64,000 nucleotides of DNA from positions 216,020-280,019 of IMG/VR virus record IMGVR_UViG_3300042402_002641. One strand, given 5' to 3'. A program made the translations under genes and the position numbers. The first letter of the stretch is position 1. Each line of letters starts with the position of its first letter. This document shows, piece after piece, positions 11,195 to 21,512 of this stretch. The notes below the pieces were generated by a model that did not search any database, was not told the origin of the DNA, and was given only the letters and a program-made list of their open reading frames with translations.

Positions 11195-13003
11195 ATGGCA
11201 TATCAAGTAGATAAATTTAACGGTGCTTTTTTTGTATCCGTAGAAGACGGTACGATCGATACCACCTCGGATCTTAGATTTGTAGGTAAAAACTATGCGG
11301 GATACGGCGAAGTACAAAATGAAAACTTTCTACATCTTTTAGAAAATTTCTCAAACACCACTGCTCCGCCCAAAGTGATCACTGGACAGATTTGGTTCGA
11401 TAGTGCCAATAAAAAGTTAAAATTCTATGATGGTTCAAGATTTAAACTGGCAGGTGGAGCAGAAGTCAGTACTACTGCGCCTAGCGGGCTGAGTACCGGA
11501 GATTTTTGGTGGGATTCTGCAGCCAAACAATTATATGCATGGACAGGCACTGAATTTGCACTCATTGGTCCAGAAGCCAGTCCAGATCTCGGATCGTCAA
11601 TCATTAGTGCTGCCGTAGTTAAAGGCACTATAAGCACCGCGGTAGGACCGCATACTATACTTAAAGTCATAGCTGATGATAAAACTATAGGCATTTTCAG
11701 TAAGACTGCATTCACTTTAGACAATGCACAGAATGCTATAGATGATTTCACGGTTATTAAGAAAGGTTTCACGCTAGCTAAGTCTCAATCCGGAATCAGC
11801 TCCGATGACTACATTCTATGGGGTACTGCAAATAACGCAAATCGTCTAGGCGGGTTTGCCGCAGATCAATATTTAAAATTAGGAGATAACTCATTTACTG
11901 GCGAAGTTAAATTCTTTGATCCAGGTTTAACAGTAGGTGACGGTAATGATTTTAGACTGCGTGTAGAAAACGGTGATGAAGTAATTGTTGAAAATCGTTT
12001 GGGAAATCCTATAACATTTAGAATCACAGTAGTTGATACCACAGATGAACGAGATGTTGCTGTAATAACTAGTACAGGAGTAGTACCCGGTGATGACGCT
12101 GCTTATGCACTAGGCTCCGCCGGATCGCGCTGGAGCAATGTGTATGCTGCTATCCATACCGGAAACTTAATAGGTAACGTTACAGGAAATTCCACCGGAG
12201 TCCATACAGGCAATGTATTAGCCTCAGACAACACGGTGATGATCAATGCCGCAACTAAACAGATTGGATTTGCAGGAGCTAACATAATTGGCACCCTAAC
12301 TGGTTCAGTAACAGGAACAGCTAGTTCAGCCACCAATGCTAGTAAACTAAATGATTTAGATCCTAGTGCAACAGTACCGGGATCTGCTGTTGCTACTATT
12401 GCTGTAAGAAATGCATCTGGAAACATTTTAGCAAATCAATTCGTTGGTACATCGGATAAGTCAGATAGACTGTTTCTCGACGATAGCATAAGTGCTGGAG
12501 TATCGGATCCGGCATGGGACCCTGCAACTACCAGCACAAAATATAGAACTGCAAAAGTAACAGCTACCGCTTACAGCATAGCAGCTAGAGATGCCAGCGG
12601 TAATATTGCAGCTAATATTTTCTCGGGTACTGCAACTGCTGCTAGATATGCAGACTTAGCAGAAAAATATTTGCCCGATACAGAATACCTACCAGGTACA
12701 GTTGTTATGATCGGCGGAGAAAAGGAAATTACTGCAAGTGTATTCGGCAAACGTGCTATAGGAGTTATCAGTGCAAATCCTGCATTTATGATGAATAAAG
12801 ATCTAGAAGGTGGTGTGTATGTTGCTTTGAAAGGTCGAGTACCTGTTATGGTAATTGGACCTATTATAAAAGGTCAAGAGCTAGTTCCAGCAGAAAATGG
12901 CCATGCTGTATATAACGGTGATAATCCGACTAGAGCATTTGCGGTTGCATTAGAATCTAATAACAGTATAGAAGTTAAATTAATAGAGGCATTGGTGCTG
13001 TAA
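11195..13003 (+). CDS. Tail fibre protein (paralog 4) with C-terminal intramolecular chaperone/autocleavage domain
   Basis: Shared N-terminus. C-terminal 'YADLAEKY...GTVV.IGG...IGVIS.NPAF.MN...VALKGRVPV'. Confidence 0.75.
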   Translation: MAYQVDKFNGAFFVSVEDGTIDTTSDLRFVGKNYAGYGEVQNENFLHLLENFSNTTAPPKVITGQIWFDSANKKLKFYDGSRFKLAGGAEVSTTAPSGLSTGDFWWDSAAKQLYAWTGTEFALIGPEASPDLGSSIISAAVVKGTISTAVGPHTILKVIADDKTIGIFSKTAFTLDNAQNAIDDFTVIKKGFTLAKSQSGISSDDYILWGTANNANRLGGFAADQYLKLGDNSFTGEVKFFDPGLTVGDGNDFRLRVENGDEVIVENRLGNPITFRITVVDTTDERDVAVITSTGVVPGDDAAYALGSAGSRWSNVYAAIHTGNLIGNVTGNSTGVHTGNVLASDNTVMINAATKQIGFAGANIIGTLTGSVTGTASSATNASKLNDLDPSATVPGSAVATIAVRNASGNILANQFVGTSDKSDRLFLDDSISAGVSDPAWDPATTSTKYRTAKVTATAYSIAARDASGNIAANIFSGTATAARYADLAEKYLPDTEYLPGTVVMIGGEKEITASVFGKRAIGVISANPAFMMNKDLEGGVYVALKGRVPVMVIGPIIKGQELVPAENGHAVYNGDNPTRAFAVALESNNSIEVKLIEALVL

Positions 13004-13004
13004 T

Positions 13005-13901
13005 ATGTCTTTGAACTCAGATATCACAGCCGCTGGATTTGTAACAATACAGAACAAAGCTGAGGGATTGTTAGGTACCGGTGCCGCCACTAGAGGATAC
13101 AATCAAACAGTATTATCGTCGGATGTGTTTTCTGGAAATCAAATTACTAGAGCACAGTGGGATCTATTAAAAACTGACATTGTTAACATATTGTATCATC
13201 AAAATGGAGAGCTGCCAAATATTGTATCTGTTAATGCCGGCGATGTAATTGGATTCGGTGCCAGTCATCCGAATACCAACTATGATACTCTGTTAACAAC
13301 AGCAGATCAAAATAGATTTCAGATAGCAGCTACTCAGTCTGCGGTTAGTTCTAAAGGTTCAGCAACCTACACCAGTGCTTGGAGTTCATCTGTAGAATTT
13401 ACACTAACTGTAACATTTGCGTCTGCAGACCAGGGACGATATTTTTTTAACAGCGGCGGAAAAGTTAGAATTAACACAACTATTACCGGCGGCACAAACA
13501 CTGCTCAGTATAACGCCTGGCTTAATGTTTTAAATGCAGTAGGAATCCGATCATTTGGCGCAGACACCGACCCATTAGTGAACTATTATACTCTTACTAG
13601 TTCTTTCCAAATATATTATCAAAATTCTCTTTCAACACCATATTCTGCTAATAATTATCGATTAGAAGCCAAAACTGATGTGGCTAACAATTCTACAGGC
13701 ACGGCAACTATTTTAACTTTAAGAGTAACGTTAACTGATGCATATGTTGACCCAGGACCAGCAGTTCCGCCAGGAGACTCGGTCGACGGAACGCTGACTA
13801 TATCAGTAGAAGAATTAAAAGCGTCAGGCTCACTTATACCGTCAGGAACTTTTACAATTGTTAGCCCTTCATACTCGCTCTCTGTGATCAGTGGCAGTTA
13901 A
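13005..13901 (+). CDS. Virion structural protein (paralog A)
   Basis: S/T/N-rich. 'RYFFNSGGKVR' and 'PGDSVDGT' motifs are shared with the next gene. Confidence 0.55.
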   Translation: MSLNSDITAAGFVTIQNKAEGLLGTGAATRGYNQTVLSSDVFSGNQITRAQWDLLKTDIVNILYHQNGELPNIVSVNAGDVIGFGASHPNTNYDTLLTTADQNRFQIAATQSAVSSKGSATYTSAWSSSVEFTLTVTFASADQGRYFFNSGGKVRINTTITGGTNTAQYNAWLNVLNAVGIRSFGADTDPLVNYYTLTSSFQIYYQNSLSTPYSANNYRLEAKTDVANNSTGTATILTLRVTLTDAYVDPGPAVPPGDSVDGTLTISVEELKASGSLIPSGTFTIVSPSYSLSVISGS

Positions 13902-13936
13902 TCGATTAAATATAAGACTTAATCAAAGACAAACGC

Positions 13937-14881
13937 ATGCCAGTAAATGACATTATCACCCAAGCAGAATACAACAATATCAGAAACAAAGTACTCGGAG
14001 TGCTCGGCACAGGATCGGGGAATTCTGGCTATGGACAACCCTTTGTCAGCACCGCGGTAGCAGAAGGAAATTCTATTACCATTAATGAGTATGCTAATCT
14101 AAGATACGATATTTTCAGTGCTTATGTACATCAGGTAGGATCTAATCCTTCTACAGTTACCGTAGTAGAAGGTAACACGGTAAGATTTAGTGCTATAGAT
14201 GCGCCAGTTACTACATACGATACACTAGCTAATACACTCATATCAAATAGATTTAATGTAGGAGCTGGACAATCAGCTATAAACATTCCCACCGCACCTT
14301 CAAGTACTACCTGGCCTGGAATATATGGTGCAGATTGGTCTAGCCTTATACAGTGTACAGTGACTGCTACATGGCCTGATAGTAATCAAGCTAGATATTT
14401 TTGGAACAGTGGTGGTCAGATTCGATTTACAGCATCTCGTACCGGCACTACTCCTACTACTCAGAACACACAATGGACGTCTATTCTCAGCACTGCTGGT
14501 ACACAGACCTATGGCGGTAATAATCCTGGCACTGGTACTAGTCCCAATGATGGCCAAAACTGGTACAGATGCACCAACACTCGACAGTTGTGGTACAGTC
14601 AAAGCGGATCTAGTCCTTACGGATCTAATACCTATAAAATATATGCTAGAACTTTAGATGCAAGCAATAACTCTACAGGCACCGCTCGCCAAGGTGAATG
14701 GCACATAGAGTTTGTTGATAACTATACAGATCCAGGTGGCCCTGCTCCAGGAGATTCAGTAGACGGAACATTCACAGTATCAGTTAGTTTACAATATGCT
14801 ACAGGTATTTTGGTACCGCCAAGTCAGGGTAGTTTTACAGTAACATTGCCTACAGTTACTATTTCAGCTATAACACCTTAA
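13937..14881 (+). CDS. Virion structural protein (paralog B)
   Basis: 'RYFWNSGGQIR' and 'PGDSVDGT' motifs. Preceded by TTAAATA at 13906-13912. Confidence 0.55.
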   Translation: MPVNDIITQAEYNNIRNKVLGVLGTGSGNSGYGQPFVSTAVAEGNSITINEYANLRYDIFSAYVHQVGSNPSTVTVVEGNTVRFSAIDAPVTTYDTLANTLISNRFNVGAGQSAINIPTAPSSTTWPGIYGADWSSLIQCTVTATWPDSNQARYFWNSGGQIRFTASRTGTTPTTQNTQWTSILSTAGTQTYGGNNPGTGTSPNDGQNWYRCTNTRQLWYSQSGSSPYGSNTYKIYARTLDASNNSTGTARQGEWHIEFVDNYTDPGGPAPGDSVDGTFTVSVSLQYATGILVPPSQGSFTVTLPTVTISAITP

Positions 14882-14904
14882 TTTTTCCTTGAATCTCTAA
14901 GCCG

Positions 14905-14911
14905 CTAAATA
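14905..14911 (+). promoter_or_regulatory. Late promoter (CTAAATA) heading the glycosyltransferase/radical SAM operon
   Basis: TAAATA core in the 57-bp gap. All genes from 14939 to 27769 overlap or abut. Confidence 0.5.
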
Positions 14912-14938
14912 AAGTGCGCAGATAATCAAGGAAAATAC

Positions 14939-15289
14939 ATGAAGGATCAACTCAAAAAAGCTTTGGAGTTTGCTAATTACAGGCAGACGTTTTCAATTCA
15001 ACGTAAGATTCTAAAAGAAAAAATCGCAGCCAAGTTAACACTAGGTTATAATGGTGGACTATTTCAAATTGACAGAACGCTTCTGACTTTTATAGAAATG
15101 TTGCTAGTCAAAGGAAGAAGCAGCGGAGTTGTATTATTAGATACAAACGAAACCCCTATAATGATCGAGGATTTAGTTGCGTTTCGAGATGAATGCTTTG
15201 ATAGGTATTTCGAAGCCACTAGTGAGTATTTTGAACAAGACCAAAATCTCAAAAAAAGTAGATCAGTAGAAAAATTGCTAGAACAATGA
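14939..15289 (+). CDS. Hypothetical protein (possibly tail-assembly related)
   Basis: 116-aa ORF with AAGGA SD and an ATGA overlap with the next gene. Confidence 0.55.
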   Translation: MKDQLKKALEFANYRQTFSIQRKILKEKIAAKLTLGYNGGLFQIDRTLLTFIEMLLVKGRSSGVVLLDTNETPIMIEDLVAFRDECFDRYFEATSEYFEQDQNLKKSRSVEKLLEQ

Positions 15290-16146
15290 ACAAAGGTATA
15301 TTGATCTACGCTCATAATAATCGCACTGTGGACTATGCATTAATGGCGATTATTTCTGGAGGATTAGCTAAAAAATATCTTGGACAGCCTGCGTCGTTGG
15401 TTACTGACCAAGCCACGTTAGATTGGATGATAGAATCTAAGATATACACTCGTGCTCAAACAATTTTTGAAAATATTTTTATAGTTTCTAGACCCGAGTC
15501 AACTAATTCTAGAGGGTTGTATGATGGCACAGAACGCAGTACAGTTCAATTTATGAACGGTAACAGAAATTCCGCCTACGACATTACTCCATATCAACGA
15601 ACACTTTTGATTGACGCAGACTTTCTGATATTTTCCAATAGACTGGCAGAATATTGGGACATAGATGATGATTTTATGATTGGCGAATCTATTAATGATA
15701 TCTATGACAATCAACGACTAGGATATCATGATAACTATGTTTCGGACGTAGGTATTAAATTGTATTGGGCTACTACTGTGATGTTCACAAAAAATGATAA
15801 TTCAAAAATGTTTTTTGATCTTGTGCGCCATGTTAAGGATAACTATCAATACTATGCCGACACATACAGATTTGATTCAAAACAATACAGAAATGATATT
15901 GCATTTAGCGTGGCCAAACACGTATTAGCAGGATTTGAACAGTCACCATTGGGATGTTTACCGCCTGTGTTAACATCATTAGACAGAGATATACTACACT
16001 CTGTAGATGCCGATAAATTAACGTTTCTGATATCCCCGAAATTAGATGAGAATTATTGTGCGGCTTCGATACAGAATATTGACATTCATATAATGAATAA
16101 ACAGAGTATAGTAAGACATAGCGATAAATTACTGGAGCTGATATGA
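15286..16146 (+). CDS. GT-A fold glycosyltransferase-like protein (GT8-like)
   Basis: 'TPYQRTLLIDADFL' DxD motif, N-terminal beta-alpha Rossmann-like start, and 'RNDIAFS'. Confidence 0.65.
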   Translation: MNKGILIYAHNNRTVDYALMAIISGGLAKKYLGQPASLVTDQATLDWMIESKIYTRAQTIFENIFIVSRPESTNSRGLYDGTERSTVQFMNGNRNSAYDITPYQRTLLIDADFLIFSNRLAEYWDIDDDFMIGESINDIYDNQRLGYHDNYVSDVGIKLYWATTVMFTKNDNSKMFFDLVRHVKDNYQYYADTYRFDSKQYRNDIAFSVAKHVLAGFEQSPLGCLPPVLTSLDRDILHSVDADKLTFLISPKLDENYCAASIQNIDIHIMNKQSIVRHSDKLLELI

Positions 16147-16982
16147 AATTCGGATATCTGTTAATAGTAGCAGAGAATGAATTTGTGGACTATCTACAGT
16201 TAGCCTATGCCTTGGCTATCAGTATTAAAAATACACAAAAACCTGGGTTTGATCAAGTGGCACTAGTGATCAATGACAAGCAAAAACTTAAAGATTTAAA
16301 CAGCAGTTGGGTCTTTGATCATGTTATAGAATGGAATCAAGAAACATTCTGGGATGGTCGTAGCTGGATGGATCAGTTGACACCTTTTGACCACACAGTA
16401 TGCTTAGATGTTGACATGCTGTTTATGCGTGACTACAGTCATTGGGTCGAATACTTTATTGAAAACAGCGAATTATATGTTGCTAACAAAAGCTACACCT
16501 ATCGAGGAGAGATAGCTGTTGATCATCATTATCGAAAGACATTTATAAAAAACGATCTCCCTAATCTTTACAGCATGTATACCTTTTTTAAAAAAGATAG
16601 CGAAGCGGTTAAAGAATTTTTTGATCTAGGAAGATATATTATAAAAAATCCTATAGAATTTTCAAATATTTTTTTATCGGATCATAAACCTCGAGTTGTA
16701 GGTACAGATGAATCCTTTGCCTTGGCAGCTAAAATATTAGATATTACCGATGATATTGCATATCCTTTAGAGTTTCCCCGAGTTGTACATATGAAACCTA
16801 TGATACAGAATTGGCCATGGCCTGCTGATTGCTGGAGTGATCATGTAGGATTTTATCTAAATCAAAAAGGAAAACTAAAGATAGGAAATTATCAACAACA
16901 TGATATTGTTCATTATGTGGAAAAAGATAAAATTAACAAGGAAATGATCAATATTCTCGAGGAAGTTTTATGGAAGAAATAA
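16143..16982 (+). CDS. GT-A fold glycosyltransferase-like protein (GT8-like, paralog)
   Basis: 'TPFDHTVCLDVDML' DxD motif, 'TDESFALA', and a C-terminal 'VHY' His motif. Confidence 0.65.
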   Translation: MKFGYLLIVAENEFVDYLQLAYALAISIKNTQKPGFDQVALVINDKQKLKDLNSSWVFDHVIEWNQETFWDGRSWMDQLTPFDHTVCLDVDMLFMRDYSHWVEYFIENSELYVANKSYTYRGEIAVDHHYRKTFIKNDLPNLYSMYTFFKKDSEAVKEFFDLGRYIIKNPIEFSNIFLSDHKPRVVGTDESFALAAKILDITDDIAYPLEFPRVVHMKPMIQNWPWPADCWSDHVGFYLNQKGKLKIGNYQQHDIVHYVEKDKINKEMINILEEVLWKK

Positions 16983-17587
16983 TTGATTTTGATAATTGGC
17001 TTGCAAATTTCAAATTACCTCCTGTAAAATTTGTTGCGGTTTTTAATCCCGACACCGGCGCAGTAGTTAGTGTAGGACCTAGTCATGCCTTTAAAGATCA
17101 AAAACACAAAATATCTATAGATAAAGAATTGGCAGAATCTATAATTAATGCAGAAATTAAAATTAACAACTGCATAGTTGATATAAATTCAAATACTTTA
17201 GAAGTAGCAGAAATAAAAAATACCTATAAGATAGACGATGTGCTGCATAGAATTATTTCTAAGAAAGATTCTGAAATAAAAAACCCAGATATCTATATTA
17301 AATATGATTCAAAACTTAATACTTTTAAAATAGAAATGTCTTCAGAATTTGGGGGAACACGTAAGGCTAGGGCTGGGATAAAGAAAAGAAATATTGTATG
17401 GGATGGTGACACTGAAATGCAATTTTTTATTACAGAATACAACGACCCAAACTTGCTTTTTGAAACAGTAAGTGTTACAATTAACGATCTTACTGGAAAC
17501 CATAAATTGATTACAGGTTTTAACTATCCTAAATTTAGTGTGTACACTAGACGCTTGTTTAAAAACTATATGATAGAATATAAATGA
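16970..17587 (+). CDS. Hypothetical protein in glycosyltransferase cluster
   Basis: 205-aa ORF overlapping both neighbours. Confidence 0.6.
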   Translation: MEEIIDFDNWLANFKLPPVKFVAVFNPDTGAVVSVGPSHAFKDQKHKISIDKELAESIINAEIKINNCIVDINSNTLEVAEIKNTYKIDDVLHRIISKKDSEIKNPDIYIKYDSKLNTFKIEMSSEFGGTRKARAGIKKRNIVWDGDTEMQFFITEYNDPNLLFETVSVTINDLTGNHKLITGFNYPKFSVYTRRLFKNYMIEYK

Positions 17588-18501
17588 AAATTATTGAATT
17601 TGATGTTGTATTTTTAAGCTACGATGAACCTAATGCAGATCTACATTATGCAGATTTATGCAACAAAGTTCCTTGGGCTAAACGTGTACACGGTGTCAAG
17701 GGATCTGATCATGCTCATAAAGCCGCAGCAGAAGCTAGCGAAACAGATTGGTTTATCACTGTTGATGCTGACAACATTGTAGATCCTAAGTTTTTTAATA
17801 TTGACCTAGATATGAGTGATCCTAAGATTCAAGTCTACGGATGGTGCGGTCGAAATGTTATCAACGGCCTTCGATACGGCAATGGCGGTCTAAAAATTTG
17901 GAAAAAAGACTTTGTGCTTAATATGAAAACGCATGAAAACTCAGACAGCGATCGTGGACAGGTAGATTTCTGTTGGGAAGATGGATATCGAAATTTTCCT
18001 TTGAGTTTTAGCGATAGTGTTATTACTGGAAGTCCTTTTCAGGCCTGGAGAGCAGGGTTCCGTGAAGGTGTTAAAATGACCTTACTCGACGGAGTTAGGG
18101 TTCCAGCCCAAGAAATACAACAGAGAATATGGTGGCATAATATTCATAGGTTACGTATGTGGTCCACAGTTGGTAGCCATGAAGAAAACGGAATCTTTGC
18201 AGTTTATGGTGCAAGATTGGGAACCTGGATGGCTAATTGCACCAACTGGAATTATGTTGACGTTAGAGATTTTGAAATACTTAGAGGTATATGGAATCAA
18301 TACGGAAGACCATATGAAGAAGTTAATGGCGAAGGTCTCGTAGACGCAATAAAAGATCTTGGAGACAAAATAAAAATTAATTTAGGATTAGATTGGCCTT
18401 GGTTAGATGAAAGTCAAAGTAAGTATACTTTAGATCTCTACAATGAAACTATGAATTTAAACGATACATATTTTAAAATGCCGGTACCTGCCAATGTATG
18501 A
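17584..18501 (+). CDS. GT-A (GT2-like) glycosyltransferase
   Basis: 'DVVFLSYDEPNA', 'RVHGVKG...AH', 'TVDADN' (DxD), 'YGNGGLK' and 'AWRAGFRE'. Confidence 0.7.
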   Translation: MKIIEFDVVFLSYDEPNADLHYADLCNKVPWAKRVHGVKGSDHAHKAAAEASETDWFITVDADNIVDPKFFNIDLDMSDPKIQVYGWCGRNVINGLRYGNGGLKIWKKDFVLNMKTHENSDSDRGQVDFCWEDGYRNFPLSFSDSVITGSPFQAWRAGFREGVKMTLLDGVRVPAQEIQQRIWWHNIHRLRMWSTVGSHEENGIFAVYGARLGTWMANCTNWNYVDVRDFEILRGIWNQYGRPYEEVNGEGLVDAIKDLGDKIKINLGLDWPWLDESQSKYTLDLYNETMNLNDTYFKMPVPANV

Positions 18502-20161
18502 TATTTTTTATGTTTCTAAAACTGCAGGTAATGACAGTGACTGGGAATATATCAAGTCTAAATATCCCCTTGCGCATCGGTTAACCAACATAAGATCTTT
18601 TGACGACATTAAAATTAATTCTTTCACTAAGATGTTTTGGGTCATCTGGGATGATATACATCTAATAGACACATTTGATCTAACAGAATATAAAGCCACT
18701 AAGTGGGACGACATGTATGTTCACGTTTTTAAAAACGGAGAACATCACGATGGAGTATGTTTATTTCCTAAAGTATTGAACATCTCGCAACGAGAGTTTT
18801 ATCATAGATTTTTTACAGAAAAAAAAGAAATAGATATTTTAGCGAGCGTTCCTAAGAAATACAATGTATACTCACCTTCAAATTATGACGAGTATTTGTC
18901 TATTGATGATGAAATGTTTTGGTTAGTTTGGCCAGAAGTTGAAATTATAGACGAATCAGTTTTTAAATTGTATTTTAGTCATCATAATACCTACGATCGT
19001 AGAGAAAATCATATTTTTAAAAACACATGTAATAACGATGAATCGTATATGAGTGGAGTTATTCTCTGTAGTAAGTATAAACAAATTTCATCTCGAGAGT
19101 TTGAAAAACAATATGTGATCGATAAAAAAGAACATGATATAATTGCGAGTAGATTTCGATATCCGACGTATGTTATTCACAGCTATGAACAATATCTAGA
19201 AATTCTTAAAAATTTAAAAAATAAAATGTTTTGGGGTATATGGCCCGAAGTTGAAATAATTGACACAGAAATCTTTGATTTTTACTTCGATCCCAACAAT
19301 GGAACATACGACCATGATAGAAAAGAAAATCATACATTTAAACATCTGTTTAACAACACCGAAATTTATATTAACGGTGTAGTATTATTTTCTAAAGAAA
19401 AACAAATTAGTCAAAGAGAGTTTATTCATAGATTTTTGATTAATAAAAAAGAACACGATAGAATAGTATCAAAACATCGACTATATGATGTTGTGTTTAT
19501 ATCTTACAACGAATCTAATGCAGATGAAAATTACAATAAGTTACTTAATAAGTGTCCTAGAGCAAAAAGAATACACGGGGTTGAAGGTATACATCAAGCA
19601 CACATTGAAGCAGCATCTATTTGTAATACAGATATGATTTGGATAGTTGACGGAGATGCAATTATTGAAGATAGTTTTGATTTTGATATAGTTATGTCTA
19701 GTTATGATATTAATTGTGTACATGTGTGGCGTAGTCGTAATCCTATTAATGATTTAGAATATGGCAATGGCGGTGTTAAGTTATTGCCTAGAAAGTTAAC
19801 ATTAGATATGGACAAAACTACTCCGGATATGACAACAAGCATATCTAAAAAGTTTAAAGTCATGAATACTGTGTCAAATATTAATTCTTTTAATACTGAC
19901 GAATTTACTACGTGGAGATCGGCATTTAGAGAATGCTGCAAATTAGCCAGTAGAGTAATTAAACGGCAATATGAAGACGAAACACAACAGCGATTAGATA
20001 TTTGGTGCAGTGTAGGGAAAGATAAACAATACGGCGATTTTGCAATAATGGGTGCTAAAATGGGTAGACAATACGGATTAGATAATAAAAATAATCCTGA
20101 AGCGTTGCAAAAGATTAATGATTTTAAATGGCTAAGGAATATATTTAATAATGCTTACTGA
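18494..20161 (+). CDS. GT2-like glycosyltransferase with N-terminal repeated domains
   Basis: The C-terminal domain is paralogous to 17584 ('IVDGDA', 'YGNGGVK', 'WRSAFRE'). Three N-terminal repeats of 'MFW..W...H.FK...GV.L..K..IS.REF...KKE.D'. Confidence 0.7.
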   Translation: MYDIFYVSKTAGNDSDWEYIKSKYPLAHRLTNIRSFDDIKINSFTKMFWVIWDDIHLIDTFDLTEYKATKWDDMYVHVFKNGEHHDGVCLFPKVLNISQREFYHRFFTEKKEIDILASVPKKYNVYSPSNYDEYLSIDDEMFWLVWPEVEIIDESVFKLYFSHHNTYDRRENHIFKNTCNNDESYMSGVILCSKYKQISSREFEKQYVIDKKEHDIIASRFRYPTYVIHSYEQYLEILKNLKNKMFWGIWPEVEIIDTEIFDFYFDPNNGTYDHDRKENHTFKHLFNNTEIYINGVVLFSKEKQISQREFIHRFLINKKEHDRIVSKHRLYDVVFISYNESNADENYNKLLNKCPRAKRIHGVEGIHQAHIEAASICNTDMIWIVDGDAIIEDSFDFDIVMSSYDINCVHVWRSRNPINDLEYGNGGVKLLPRKLTLDMDKTTPDMTTSISKKFKVMNTVSNINSFNTDEFTTWRSAFRECCKLASRVIKRQYEDETQQRLDIWCSVGKDKQYGDFAIMGAKMGRQYGLDNKNNPEALQKINDFKWLRNIFNNAY

Positions 20162-21512
20162 AGAAAAAAAATACAAAAAAGTTATTGAAATTTTAGATTC
20201 TGTTAGTCCGAGTTTTTGTCTAGCAAAATGGCATCAATTAACATTGTATCTACAAAATGGATTTAATCATAGCTGTCACCATCCTAGTCCTCATCAGGTG
20301 CCGTTGGAGGAACTAGCTGTAAATCATAAAGCGTTGCATAACACACAATTTAAAAAAAAGCAGATGCAAAAAATGTTAGATGGCGAGCGTCCTAGTGAAT
20401 GTGATTATTGCTGGAAAGCAGAAGATGCAGGCAGAATAAGTGATCGTGTTTATAAGAGTGCATCGTCATGGGCAAAAATTAATTTTGATTCTGTAATAGA
20501 AAATAAAACAGCAGATGTTAATCCCGCTTATCTAGAAATTAGTTTTAGCAATGTTTGCAATTTTAAATGTGCTTATTGTAGTCCAGATTTAAGCAGCCAA
20601 TGGTTTGAAGAAATTAAAACTCACGGCCCGTATCCAACATCATACAAATACAATAATTTTGATTGGTTTGAAAAAACAGGAAAAATGCCTATTAAACATA
20701 GTGACTATAATCCTTATGTTGAAGCTTTTTGGAAATGGTGGCCTGAGTTATATAGAGATCTACATACCTTAAGATTGACCGGAGGTGAACCATTATTAAG
20801 CAAAGATGCTTGGAAAATGATAGATTATATTGAGGACAATCCTAATAAAAATTTAGTGTTTGCTATCAATACTAACTTATGTGTACCTGATGAGTTAGTT
20901 GATAAAATAATATCGAAGATACAAAATATTTCTATAGATACTAAAGAATTTCAGTTTTTTACCAGTGGTGAAGCACTAGGAGCTCCTGCTGAATATATCA
21001 GATATGGTCTTGATTACAACAAATGGTCTGCTAATCTAGAAAAAGTTTTAGATAACACAAATGTTATTGTTGCAATTATGACTACAGTTAACTTAACCAG
21101 TGTAACTACCTATGCCGACTTTTTGAGATACATTTTAGATCTCAGAGGAAAATATAATAAAAACGCCGATTTTAATAAAGTTCAGTTCATGACAAACTTT
21201 TTAAGATACCCTGAATTTTTATCTTTGACACTACTAGATCGAGAAACTAAAGCAACATTTACTCAAGATATCGAAACTCTAATAGCAGAGAGAGGTGTCT
21301 GGGACGGCTTTGCTACATTAACTTTTTCTGAAGTCGATCAACTACGGCGCATGCTAGATTATATGAATTCTTCAATAGATGATGACAAATTAACATTATT
21401 AAGAACGGATTTTAAATCGTTTGTTGACGAATATGACCGTAGACGAAATACTAATTTTAATCAAGTATTTCCTGAATTAACTAACTTTTACAACCTATGC
21501 AACAAGACATAA
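20151..21512 (+). CDS. Radical SAM protein with N-terminal twitch/SPASM-like Cys cluster
   Basis: CNFKCAYC (CxxxCxxC) and GGEP motifs. N-terminal C...C...CxxC. Confidence 0.85.
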   Translation: MLTEEKKYKKVIEILDSVSPSFCLAKWHQLTLYLQNGFNHSCHHPSPHQVPLEELAVNHKALHNTQFKKKQMQKMLDGERPSECDYCWKAEDAGRISDRVYKSASSWAKINFDSVIENKTADVNPAYLEISFSNVCNFKCAYCSPDLSSQWFEEIKTHGPYPTSYKYNNFDWFEKTGKMPIKHSDYNPYVEAFWKWWPELYRDLHTLRLTGGEPLLSKDAWKMIDYIEDNPNKNLVFAINTNLCVPDELVDKIISKIQNISIDTKEFQFFTSGEALGAPAEYIRYGLDYNKWSANLEKVLDNTNVIVAIMTTVNLTSVTTYADFLRYILDLRGKYNKNADFNKVQFMTNFLRYPEFLSLTLLDRETKATFTQDIETLIAERGVWDGFATLTFSEVDQLRRMLDYMNSSIDDDKLTLLRTDFKSFVDEYDRRRNTNFNQVFPELTNFYNLCNKT

